A DNA stretch of 64,000 nucleotides from assembly GCA_021838945.1 (NCBI GenBank), contig JAKCCH010000002.1, positions 6,441-70,440 on the forward strand. Reading direction: 5' to 3'. Origin of the DNA: Actinomycetes bacterium. Its GTDB lineage: Bacteria; Actinomycetota; Acidimicrobiia; Acidimicrobiales; Bog-793. The notes under the pieces were generated by a model that was not told where the DNA came from, did not search any database, and worked only from the letters and a program-made list of their open reading frames with translations. Shown piece by piece: positions 50,427 to 58,639 of this stretch. Each line of letters starts with the position of its first letter. Position 1 is the stretch's first letter. A program made the translations under genes and the position numbers.

Positions 50427-51742
50427 GGCTGCGCCCCGAAGCGGCTCGTCACCGACAGGAACCAGTCCTCGAGGGACGAGTGCACCTCCTGCACGCCGTA
50501 CACGGCGACGTCGTGCGTGACGAGGCGCCGTACGACCTCGGCGACGACATCGCGTGTGGCACCCTCGGGAAGGCGCACCGTCACCCGACCGTCGGCGGCC
50601 GTCGCATCGAGGCTCAGCCCGCTCTCGGCCGCGACCCGTGCCGCCGAGGCCGCGTCGGAACAGTCGATGACGAGCGCACGGCTCGACCGCCGAACGAGCT
50701 CGTCGATCGATCCCTGCCGGATCAGGCGCCCGCGGTCGACGATGCCGACGGCGTCACAGGTCCGCTCGACCTCGTCCAGCAGGTGCGACGAGAGCATGAC
50801 CGTTCGGCCCTCGTCGACGAGGCCGTCGATCATCGTCCGCATCTCCTGCATCCCGGCGGGGTCGAGCCCGTTCATGGGCTCGTCGAGGATGAGCAGTTGG
50901 GGATCACCGAGCAGGCACCCCGCCACGCCGAGCCGCTGGCGCATGCCCATCGAGTACGAGCGGACCTTGTCGTCGGCGCGTCCCACGAGCCCGACCCGTT
51001 CGAGCGATGGCGCGATGCGGTCGTCGGCCCCGTCCCCTCTCGCCGCCGCGAGGATCGTCAGGTTCTGCCGCCCGGTCAGATGCTCGTGGAAGCGGGGCTC
51101 GTCGACGATGGCGCCGACGCGCGCGAGAGCGCGGCTGCGCTCGGCAGGGACGGGGATCCCGAGCAGGGACATCGTCCCGCTGTCAGGGTGCGTCAGCCCG
51201 AGGAGCGTACGGATGAACGTCGTCTTGCCGGCGCCGTTCGGTCCGAGATAGCCGAAGGCACAGCCACGTGGCACCCGCAGGCTCACGTCGTCCACGGCCA
51301 CGTTCGGCCCGAAACGCTTCGTCAACCCCTCCGTCTCCACCGCCCACTCCCCGGTCGTGCCCGCCCCGAAGAGCACCCTCGGTGCGCGCGTGCGCGGCGC
51401 CGGTGGGGGGACGCTCGGTGGCCCCGGCAGGGTGGTGGCCGGCATTCCTGGCGCCGGCGACGGTGGCACCGTCGCCGGCGTTGACGCCTCGGGAGGCGAG
51501 GATGGGGGCGAGGGCGGCGGTGCTGCCGTGAACGGTGGCGGTGCTGCCGTGAACGGTGGTGGCGCCGCGCCAGGTGGAACGCTCGACCGCTGCCATGTGT
51601 CAGCGTCCTGATGAGGCGAGTGATGCGAGCGGCGCCGGCCGTTCAGCTGGACCACGATGTACACGAGCACCGCGACGACGAGCAGCCCGAGGATGATGAG
51701 GCCGAACCGTACGTGGGCGTGGTGCACCGCAGCGAGGATCAT
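50423..51742 (-). CDS. ABC ATPase (ABC-2/bacitracin-type) with N-terminal TM helix and Pro-rich linker
   Basis: Walker A GPNGAGKTT, signature YSMGMRQRLGVA, Walker B LLILDEPMNGLD, H-loop LSSH. An in-frame N-terminal extension of about 130 aa, FGLIILGLLVVAVLVYIVVQL plus a Pro-rich segment, keeps G/C-ending codons. Confidence 0.75.
   Translation of the reverse strand: MILAAVHHAHVRFGLIILGLLVVAVLVYIVVQLNGRRRSHHSPHQDADTWQRSSVPPGAAPPPFTAAPPPFTAAPPPSPPSSPPEASTPATVPPSPAPGMPATTLPGPPSVPPPAPRTRAPRVLFGAGTTGEWAVETEGLTKRFGPNVAVDDVSLRVPRGCAFGYLGPNGAGKTTFIRTLLGLTHPDSGTMSLLGIPVPAERSRALARVGAIVDEPRFHEHLTGRQNLTILAAARGDGADDRIAPSLERVGLVGRADDKVRSYSMGMRQRLGVAGCLLGDPQLLILDEPMNGLDPAGMQEMRTMIDGLVDEGRTVMLSSHLLDEVERTCDAVGIVDRGRLIRQGSIDELVRRSSRALVIDCSDAASAARVAAESGLSLDATAADGRVTVRLPEGATRDVVAEVVRRLVTHDVAVYGVQEVHSSLEDWFLSVTSRFGAQP
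51520..51561 (-). repeat. 21-bp tandem duplication in the Pro-rich linker
   Basis: gtgctgccgtgaacggtggcg (51520-51540) and gtgctgccgtgaacggtggtg (51541-51561). They encode AAPPPFT twice. Confidence 0.9.
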
Positions 51743-51845
51743 CGGTGCTCATCCTGCCCGAGTTCCGGCACGCTGTCGTCGTCCTCGAGCATCGATCTCG
51801 CGTCATCCTCGAAGCTGACGTGAAGGCGTCGAGAGCTCGGACGCC

Positions 51846-52520
51846 TCAAGCCCCTGCGAAGCCCGCCGCGTATGCGATCACGACCAGCTGGGTGCGATCA
51901 CGGGCCCCGAGCTTGCTGAGGATCCGGCTGACGTGCGTCTTCACCGTCGGCATGCTCACGTGGAGCCTCTCTGCGAGCTCGGCGTTCGAGAGCCCGCGGG
52001 CGATGAGCTCGAGCACCTCCCGCTCGCGCTCGGTCAGCTCGTGAAGGCTCTCCGGCACTCGTAGCGGCGACAGCGCGCGGCTGGCGAAATGGCCGATGAG
52101 CCTGCGAGTGACGCTCGGGGCGAGCAGCGCCTCGCCTGCGGCGACGACTCGCACCGCCGTCAGGAGCTCCTCGAGCGGCCGGCTCTTCAGGGCGAAACCG
52201 CTCGCGCCCGCTCGCAGCGCCTCGAACACGTACTCGTCGAGATCGAACGTGGTGAGGATCAGGACGCGGGGGACGCTCGGCTGTGGCAGGGCGGTGATGC
52301 GTCGAGTCGCTTCGATGCCGTCCAGGACCGGCATCCGCACGTCCATGAGCACCACGTCGGGCTGTAGCTCGACCGCGAGCTCGACCGCCTGAGCGCCGTC
52401 CGCAGCCTCACCGACGACCCGCAGGTCCTCCTCGGCGTTGATGAGCGAGGAGAACGCGGTACGCAGAAGTGCCTGGTCGTCGACCACGAGGACCGTCGTC
52501 ACCGCCGCCGCGGCCGTCAC
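51846..52520 (-). CDS. NarL/LuxR-family response regulator
   Basis: GTG 52520 overlaps the kinase stop (GTGA). Receiver: VLVVDDQALLR...VVLMDVRMPVLDG. LuxR HTH: LTEREREVLELIARGLSNAELAERLHVSMPTVKTHV. Confidence 0.9.
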   Translation of the reverse strand: MTAAAAVTTVLVVDDQALLRTAFSSLINAEEDLRVVGEAADGAQAVELAVELQPDVVLMDVRMPVLDGIEATRRITALPQPSVPRVLILTTFDLDEYVFEALRAGASGFALKSRPLEELLTAVRVVAAGEALLAPSVTRRLIGHFASRALSPLRVPESLHELTEREREVLELIARGLSNAELAERLHVSMPTVKTHVSRILSKLGARDRTQLVVIAYAAGFAGA

Positions 52521-53779
52521 GAGGACTCCCCGGGCTCGATCGGGATCGAGGCCGTCACACAAAAGCCGCCCGCCGCGGCCGGGCCGGCTTCGAGCGTGCC
52601 CCCGAACGCCGCCACCCGCTCCCGCATGCCGACGATGCCGTGCCCGGACTCCGCCGGAGACGAGCCGTACCGGACCACACCCGAGGTCCCTCCGTCGTCC
52701 AGCACTTCCACCCGCACCTCTCTGCTCGACGCGGCGATCTCGACGTGGGCAGAGGTGCCGGGGGCGTGTTTGACGACGTTCGTGAGCGCTTCCTGGACAA
52801 CGCGGTAGATCGAGAGCTCGAGCGCCGGCGAGAGCGGCCGGTCCACACCCGCCGTGGAGAGCGTGACGGGGCAGCCAGAGGCGCGGACCGTTTCGACGAG
52901 CTCCTTCACGTCGACGAGCCGGGGCGCCGGAGCGAGCTCGGCCCGATGTCCCGTTTCGTCACGCAGCAGGCCCAGCACGACGCGGAGCTCGTCCTGGGCG
53001 GTGCGACCGATCGTCTCGATGGAGTCGAGCGCGGTGCGCGCCTCGTCGGGACGCCCGTCCATGAGGCGACGTCCCACCCCTGCTTGCACCGTGATGACGG
53101 CAAGAGTGTGCGCCACGACATCGTGCAGCTCCCTCGCGATGCGCACACGCTCCTCGCGCACCTCCTGCCGGGCTCGCTCGGCCTCGGCCTCCCGTTCGCG
53201 CTGGGCCTGCTCGGCGAGTCCTGTCAGGTACCGGCGGCGCGCCGCCACGCTGTCGCCGACGAACCAGGCGGCGACGAGCGGCAGGAAGCTCAGTACCGTC
53301 GCTTCGAGGACCAACGGGCTCGGGACGACGAGCGTCGACAGGACCAACCCGACGCCGAGCACGCCCACGGTCACAGCGACCGCCTGGAGCGACCGGCGCC
53401 GCGGCAGGCGGAGCGCGGCGGAGTACATCGCGAGCCCGAGCATCAACCCGACCGGCAACGAAGCCACTCCGATGGCCATCGTCGCGGCCGTGAGCGCGGC
53501 GGCCACGGCGAGGACCGTGATCGGCCAGCGGCGCAGCAGGATGACCGGTCCGCAGGCTACGAGGAGGAACAGCACGATGCTCCTCGCGCGGCCGTGGTGC
53601 ATGGGGCCGGCGACGACCACGAACACTGCGAGCGCGACACAGGTCCCGAGGACGGCGGCGACGAACCAGTGGCGCTCTGTGCGCGACGCGACGGCGAGCC
53701 GGGACCGCGGCTCGGGCTCGGCAGCTGGCGCGTCGCTCCGCACGTGGTTCACCGTACTGACGGCGGTCGGGCGGCGCAT
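52517..53779 (-). CDS. Sensor histidine kinase, HisKA_3 (NarX/LiaS-like), membrane-embedded sensor
   Basis: ATG 53779 (MRRPTAV). About 5 TM helices with short loops, then the H-box RIARELHDVVAHTL and the HATPase strings QEALTNVVKHA and GHGIVGMRERV. Confidence 0.85.
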   Translation of the reverse strand: MRRPTAVSTVNHVRSDAPAAEPEPRSRLAVASRTERHWFVAAVLGTCVALAVFVVVAGPMHHGRARSIVLFLLVACGPVILLRRWPITVLAVAAALTAATMAIGVASLPVGLMLGLAMYSAALRLPRRRSLQAVAVTVGVLGVGLVLSTLVVPSPLVLEATVLSFLPLVAAWFVGDSVAARRRYLTGLAEQAQREREAEAERARQEVREERVRIARELHDVVAHTLAVITVQAGVGRRLMDGRPDEARTALDSIETIGRTAQDELRVVLGLLRDETGHRAELAPAPRLVDVKELVETVRASGCPVTLSTAGVDRPLSPALELSIYRVVQEALTNVVKHAPGTSAHVEIAASSREVRVEVLDDGGTSGVVRYGSSPAESGHGIVGMRERVAAFGGTLEAGPAAAGGFCVTASIPIEPGESS

Positions 53780-53868
53780 CGGTCCGGAGGATGATCCTGC
53801 GCTCTCACGGATGAGCCGGAGCTGGCCGCTCCCGCCGTGGCCAGGTGCTGGCGCACCTGGAAGAGGGC

Positions 53869-55269
53869 TCAGCGCGGGCGGAAGAAGGTGTGGACCTGTG
53901 CGGCGATGGACGGCCACAGCATCGCCGCGATCAGCACCCCTGCCACGACCGAGCCGGAGACGAGCCAGAGGCGCAGCAGCCGCCCGCCCGGGCTGCGCAA
54001 CCGGTAAGGCCGGCGCCTGCTGAGGTCGCGCCGGACGATGCCGGGCACCTGCCACATGTAGGCCAGCACGTGGACGGCGAGGACGGCGAACCAGAGCAGG
54101 AAGTCGTAGCGGTGCACGACGTAGAGCCAGCCGTTCGGGCGGTGGATGACGACGAGGGCGATGCCCGACGCGAACAGCACGACCGTGCTGAGCACGAGGA
54201 ACGGTGCCATGACGCGGAGCGCCGTAGCCGGCGGACCCTTCCGTAGGTAGACGGGATGGCCCGAGTAGTACCGGAGAAAGCGCCACCCGGTGCTGCCGAG
54301 CTTCACCAGCACCGGTGGGACGAGGATGAGGCCGATGACCACGTGCAGGGTCATCATGCTGCCGATCCGCAGCAGGGTCAGCCCCTCGAGGAAGATGAGC
54401 ACGAAGAGTGCCGCGCCGGCGGCCGCGGTCAGGCGCTCGTTCGCGGCGGCGCCGTCTTGCTCTCCGGCGCCCTGTCCCGGCTCCGCCAAGCGCTTCACGA
54501 GGGCGATGAGCTCCTCGCGCGGGTTGCGCAGCTCGGTGCCGGCATCACCGGCAGTGCCGGCGAAGGCTCCACCCGCTCCGGGTGCGAGCCGCACCGTCTC
54601 GACGCTCCTCGTCCCCGTGGCGCCACCGGCGAACGTCGCTGCCGCCGCGGAAGCGTGCGGCGTGGCGGTCTCGGTGGCATAGGAGCGCCAGCGATGCACG
54701 ATGGCAAAGCCGAGCGCCACCACCGCGAGAGCACCGAGGACGTACCCGGCGTCGCTGAAGGTGCGGATGATGGCGTGCCAGTGGCTCCCGACGCCATAGC
54801 CGATACCGGCCATGGCGCCATCCCAGATCAGGCTCCCGGCTGCGGTCAGCAGCCCGAAACGCAGGAGCGGCACTTCGGCCACGCCCGCCGGGAGGGCGAC
54901 GAAGTTGCGGATGACCGGTACGAGCCGGCCCCCGAATACCCCCCAGCGCTCATGACGGGAGTACCAGGCCTCGGCCCGGTCCAGGTCGTGGTGCGTGAGC
55001 AGCAGGTACTTGCCGTACCGATCGACGATGGCGCGTCCGGCTGTGCGACCGATCATCCAGGCCAGGTATGCCCCCACGACCTCTCCGGCTGCGCCCGCGA
55101 GGATCGCTCCGGCAAGGCTCATGTGCCCGGTGGCAGCGAGAGCACCGGCGAAGCCGAGGGTCAGCTCGGAGGAGGTGGGGACGCAGCACGACTGGGCGAC
55201 GCTCAGCACGAAGACTGCGACGTATCCGAACGAGCTGACGAGGTTGGTCGGGTTGAGCAGCGCTTCCAT
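53869..55269 (-). CDS. DedA/SNARE-associated membrane protein fused to an additional 4-5 TM His-containing domain
   Basis: The N-terminal half has the DedA strings YVAVFVLSVAQSCCVPTSSE, GRLVPVIRNFVALPAG and IWDGAMAGIGY. After an Ala/Gly-rich linker, the C-terminal 180 aa or so have TM helices with conserved-looking His (TLHVVIGL, YVVHRYDF, LAVHVLAY). Confidence 0.7.
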   Translation of the reverse strand: MEALLNPTNLVSSFGYVAVFVLSVAQSCCVPTSSELTLGFAGALAATGHMSLAGAILAGAAGEVVGAYLAWMIGRTAGRAIVDRYGKYLLLTHHDLDRAEAWYSRHERWGVFGGRLVPVIRNFVALPAGVAEVPLLRFGLLTAAGSLIWDGAMAGIGYGVGSHWHAIIRTFSDAGYVLGALAVVALGFAIVHRWRSYATETATPHASAAAATFAGGATGTRSVETVRLAPGAGGAFAGTAGDAGTELRNPREELIALVKRLAEPGQGAGEQDGAAANERLTAAAGAALFVLIFLEGLTLLRIGSMMTLHVVIGLILVPPVLVKLGSTGWRFLRYYSGHPVYLRKGPPATALRVMAPFLVLSTVVLFASGIALVVIHRPNGWLYVVHRYDFLLWFAVLAVHVLAYMWQVPGIVRRDLSRRRPYRLRSPGGRLLRLWLVSGSVVAGVLIAAMLWPSIAAQVHTFFRPR

Positions 55270-55411
55270 GTGTCTCGTAGGTGGAGGTCGTTCAGTCCGC
55301 CGTTAGCGATCGTACGGACCCCGCATCATGGCTCGTGCGAGAGCCGAGGAGCAGTCGCCCCCCGGCTCCCCGGGCGGCAGGGCGCGACCGCACCCCACCG
55401 CCCACCCGCCG

Positions 55412-56902
55412 TCAGGTGTCGGAGGAGCGAACCGCCGACTGTTGGGCAGCAACCGGTGTGGCCTGCGGAACATCGTGTGTCGAGAGAACTCGCTCGGCCG
55501 CGAGCACGACCTCCTGTTCGCCGGACAGCTCGTCGAGGCTCCGCTGTTTGGCCTCGGGCAGGAGCAGGGTCAGCAACAGTCCGACGAGCGAGAAGCCGGC
55601 CGAGATCTTGAGCGCCCCGGCAATGCCGAAGTGGCCCTTGATGATCGGGAACAGGTAGACCCCGATGAATGCGCCCACCTTGGCGATGCCGGCCGAGATG
55701 CCGTGACCGGTGGTCCGCTGGCTCGTCGGATAGAGCTCGGCCGACATGACGAAGGTCGTCGTGTTCGGCCCGAACTCTGCGAAGAAGTAGCTGATGCCGA
55801 AGAGCAGGAGGAACGGTGTCACCATCCCGGTGAGGTTGGGGATCACCCCGATCAGGAGGAACATCAGGCCCATGAAGAAGAAGCCGATGAGCTGGAGCAT
55901 CCTGTGCCCGATGCGGTCGATGAAGTTGGTCGCGAGGTAGTAGCCCGGCACGGCCGCAACGACGAAGACGATGAGAGCGAGAGCGAGGGACTCCGAGAGG
56001 CTCTTCGCCCCCGTCTTGCCGAGGACGCTCTGGTAGATGAGTGGCGCAGAGACCGAGTTCCCGTAGTACGCGTAGTCGAAGACGAACCATGTCCCTGCGG
56101 TACCGAGGAGGAGGAGCAGGTACTTCGGCGTGGAGAGGAACTGGCCGAGCTTCATCCGGGCACGGAACTCGCCGGAAGCGTTCGCCTGCACCACCCCGTT
56201 CGAGTAGCGGGCGATGTCCGCTGCCGCCTTCTCCTGCCCGCCGAGCACCCGTGCCTGGAAGCGGGGCGACTCGGGCATCGTGCGGCGGAGGTAGATGACG
56301 ATCGCCGCCGGCACCGCGCCGAGAGCGAGCAGGATCCGCCACACGTAGTCGGTGTTCATCCCCGTCGAGACGAGTGCGAGGCCGGCGACGTAACCGGCCA
56401 CGGTGCCGAGCGCCTGCATCGAGAAGACCAGCCCGACGAGCTTGCCGCGGCTCTTGCGGTTGGCGAACTCACTCATGAGCACGGCGGACATCGGATAGTC
56501 GCCACCCACGCCGACGCCGAGGATGAACCGGAAGACGACGAGCCAGATGACGTTGGGAGAGAAGGCCGAGGCGAGGGCTCCAACGGTCATGAGAGCAGCC
56601 TCGACGCCGTAGATCTTCTTCCGCCCGAACACGTCTGCGATCCGTCCGAAGAAGAACGCACCGAGGAAGGCGGAGATCAGCGTGATGGAGTTGATGAGGC
56701 CGACGGAGTTCACGAAGCTCGTCGAGGAGGTGGAGAGGCCCCACTCCTTGGCGATCATCGCCGACGCCGTGCCGATGATGAACAAGTCGTAGGCGTCGGT
56801 GAAGAAGCCCAGCCCCGCCGTGATCACCGCTCTCGAGTGGAAGCGGCTGAGCGGCGCTTCGTCGAGCGCTTCCGAAATCGTTCTCGCCTGTTCGATGGCC
56901 AC
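55412..56902 (-). CDS. MFS inorganic phosphate:H+ symporter (PHS/Pho84-like)
   Basis: GTG start. LDEAPLSRFHSRAVITAGLGFFTDAYDLFIIG, GRIADVFGRKKIYG and FRFILGVGVGGDYPMSAVLMSEFANRKSRGKL match the PHS family as I recall it. Confidence 0.8.
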   Translation of the reverse strand: MAIEQARTISEALDEAPLSRFHSRAVITAGLGFFTDAYDLFIIGTASAMIAKEWGLSTSSTSFVNSVGLINSITLISAFLGAFFFGRIADVFGRKKIYGVEAALMTVGALASAFSPNVIWLVVFRFILGVGVGGDYPMSAVLMSEFANRKSRGKLVGLVFSMQALGTVAGYVAGLALVSTGMNTDYVWRILLALGAVPAAIVIYLRRTMPESPRFQARVLGGQEKAAADIARYSNGVVQANASGEFRARMKLGQFLSTPKYLLLLLGTAGTWFVFDYAYYGNSVSAPLIYQSVLGKTGAKSLSESLALALIVFVVAAVPGYYLATNFIDRIGHRMLQLIGFFFMGLMFLLIGVIPNLTGMVTPFLLLFGISYFFAEFGPNTTTFVMSAELYPTSQRTTGHGISAGIAKVGAFIGVYLFPIIKGHFGIAGALKISAGFSLVGLLLTLLLPEAKQRSLDELSGEQEVVLAAERVLSTHDVPQATPVAAQQSAVRSSDT

Positions 56903-56972
56903 AGTCCGTTCTCCTCCTGTAACGCTCTTTGGACACGTTGATGGCTGATTGCATCGTTACAGCGGCGGGTTA

Positions 56973-57018
56973 CCGCAAGGTGAAGGCAGAGGACTGGCAA
57001 GGTGAACCTTTGGTTAAC
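56973..57018 (-). promoter_or_regulatory. PHO-box-like array of 11-nt direct repeats upstream of the phosphate transporter gene
   Basis: The minus strand reads GTTAACCAAAG GTTCACCTTGC CAGTCCTCTGC CTTCACCTTGC. Three of the four phased units fit 8-9 of 11 positions of the Streptomyces-type consensus G(G/T)TCAYYYR(G/C)G. The array ends 70 nt upstream of the start codon. Confidence 0.5.
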
Positions 57019-57147
57019 GTCGCCCTACACCCCGGCGACACCCACCTCTCCGGAGTCGGGCCGGCACGGTCGGGCAGGCCGCTGCCTCCGTCACCGGGCT
57101 GACCGCCACCTCACCGTGTCCCGCGGGCCATCTGCGAAGCTGTCGGC

Positions 57148-57846
57148 ATGCACGACCGGCTGATCCTCTGGGACATCGACGGGACGCTTCTCACGACCGG
57201 CCCGGTCGGCCGGCTCGCCCTCGAGCACGGGACGCTTGCCGTGAGCGGCCTCGAGAGAGCGCCCTTCGTCGAGATGAGCGGCAAGACCGACCCCCAGATC
57301 ATCCGGGAGATGCTCGCCCTCGAGGGCATGCGGCACGACGAGATCGACCGGGTGTTGCCGGAGGCGTTGGTGGAGGCGGAGCGTTTCTTGGAGGGCGAGA
57401 CGGAGCGGATGCTCTCGGAGGGCCGGGTGCACCCAGGCGTCCGCGCGCTGCTCGATGCCCTCTCGGAGACGGACGGCGTCCGCCAGAGCCTCCTCACCGG
57501 AAACGTGGCCGCGAACGCCATCGTGAAGGTGCGGACGTTCGGGCTCGACTCCTATTTCGACTTCGAGATCGGCGCTTACGGGACGGATCACGCGGACCGG
57601 GCCGAGCTCGTGCCGTTCGCGTTGCGCCGGGCCCGCGAGCTCCGGGACGAGGACTACCGACCGGACGAGGTCTGGATCATCGGCGACACGGCGAACGACC
57701 TCCGGTGCGCGACGGCCGCTGGAGCGCACTGCCTCATCGTCGGAACCGGGAAGGACGGCTTCGACGCCGTCCGCTCGCTCGCTGCCGACGCCGTCCTCGC
57801 AGACCTCTCGGACACGTCGCTCGCCCTCAAGATCCTGCTCGGCTGA
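57148..57846 (+). CDS. HAD-superfamily hydrolase (phosphoglycolate-phosphatase-like)
   Basis: Motif I LILWDIDGTLL, motif II LLTGN, motif IV VWIIGDTANDL. Confidence 0.85.
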   Translation: MHDRLILWDIDGTLLTTGPVGRLALEHGTLAVSGLERAPFVEMSGKTDPQIIREMLALEGMRHDEIDRVLPEALVEAERFLEGETERMLSEGRVHPGVRALLDALSETDGVRQSLLTGNVAANAIVKVRTFGLDSYFDFEIGAYGTDHADRAELVPFALRRARELRDEDYRPDEVWIIGDTANDLRCATAAGAHCLIVGTGKDGFDAVRSLAADAVLADLSDTSLALKILLG

Positions 57847-57880
57847 CGCCGGGGTCGCTCGCCCGGTACCCTCCACTTGC

Positions 57881-57899
57881 CGATATATCGTGATATACT
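57881..57899 (+). promoter_or_regulatory. AT-rich extended -10 promoter (TGaTATACT) overlapping the palindrome CGATATATCG
   Basis: cgatatatcgTGaTATACT. A perfect 10-bp palindrome lies at 57881-57890 and direct GATATA repeats sit 10 nt apart. The patch is conspicuously AT-rich in GC-rich DNA, immediately upstream of the PadR gene. Confidence 0.45.
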
Positions 57900-57937
57900 C
57901 ATGAGGTATCGACATGGAGTACCAGGAGATAGAGACG

Positions 57938-58597
57938 ATGACTGACTTCCACGACCACCCTCACCGCCGCCACCACCCTCACGGAGAGGCCGGGATGCAC
58001 GGCCGAGCGTTCCGGCACGGCGGCGCACCTGGTTTCGGACCCGGTCCGGGATCCGGGCACCACTGGCACGGTGGACCTCCTCCCTGGCGGGGTGGGCGCC
58101 GGGCTCGCCGCGGCGACATCCGTTGGGCACTGCTCGTGAGCCTGCTCGAAGGGCCGGCACACGGCTACGAGCTCATCACCCGGCTCGAGGGGCGCACCGG
58201 CGGCATGTGGCGCCCGAGCGCCGGCTCGGTCTACCCCACGCTCCAGATGCTCGAGGAGGAAGGACTCATCAAGGGCCGCGACGAGGACGGCAAGCGCATC
58301 TTCGACCTGACCGACGAGGGACGGGTGGCAGCCGGCGAGGCGTCCGAGCGCATCGGCACCGGTCCCTGGGGCGAAGGCGTCGGGCACCACGTCGAGCTGC
58401 GGCAGGCGATGCGGTCCTTGATGCTCGCTGTGCGGCAAGTGGCCTCGAGCGGTGAGGACGATCACGTCGCCGCTGCTACCACCGTGCTCACCGAGGCACG
58501 CCAGCGGCTGTACCGGATCCTCGCCGGCGACGCCGTTGCCGGCGACGGTGGCGACGCCGGGCCCGAGGCGGAGGCACAGGCTCCGGGCGAGGGCTGA
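57938..58597 (+). CDS. PadR-family transcriptional regulator with His/Gly/Pro-rich N-terminal extension
   Basis: ATG 57938 lies 9 nt after AGGAG; the track start 57914 is also possible. PadR wHTH: LLVSLLEGPAHGYELITRLEGRTGGMWRPSAGSVYPTLQMLEEEGLI. N-terminus: MTDFHDHPHRRHHPHGEAGMHG...GHHWHGG. Confidence 0.85.
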   Translation: MTDFHDHPHRRHHPHGEAGMHGRAFRHGGAPGFGPGPGSGHHWHGGPPPWRGGRRARRGDIRWALLVSLLEGPAHGYELITRLEGRTGGMWRPSAGSVYPTLQMLEEEGLIKGRDEDGKRIFDLTDEGRVAAGEASERIGTGPWGEGVGHHVELRQAMRSLMLAVRQVASSGEDDHVAAATTVLTEARQRLYRILAGDAVAGDGGDAGPEAEAQAPGEG

Positions 58598-58639
58598 CCG
58601 CGAAGGCGCGAGCCGCGGGACCTCGAGCCAGGCCGGCGA

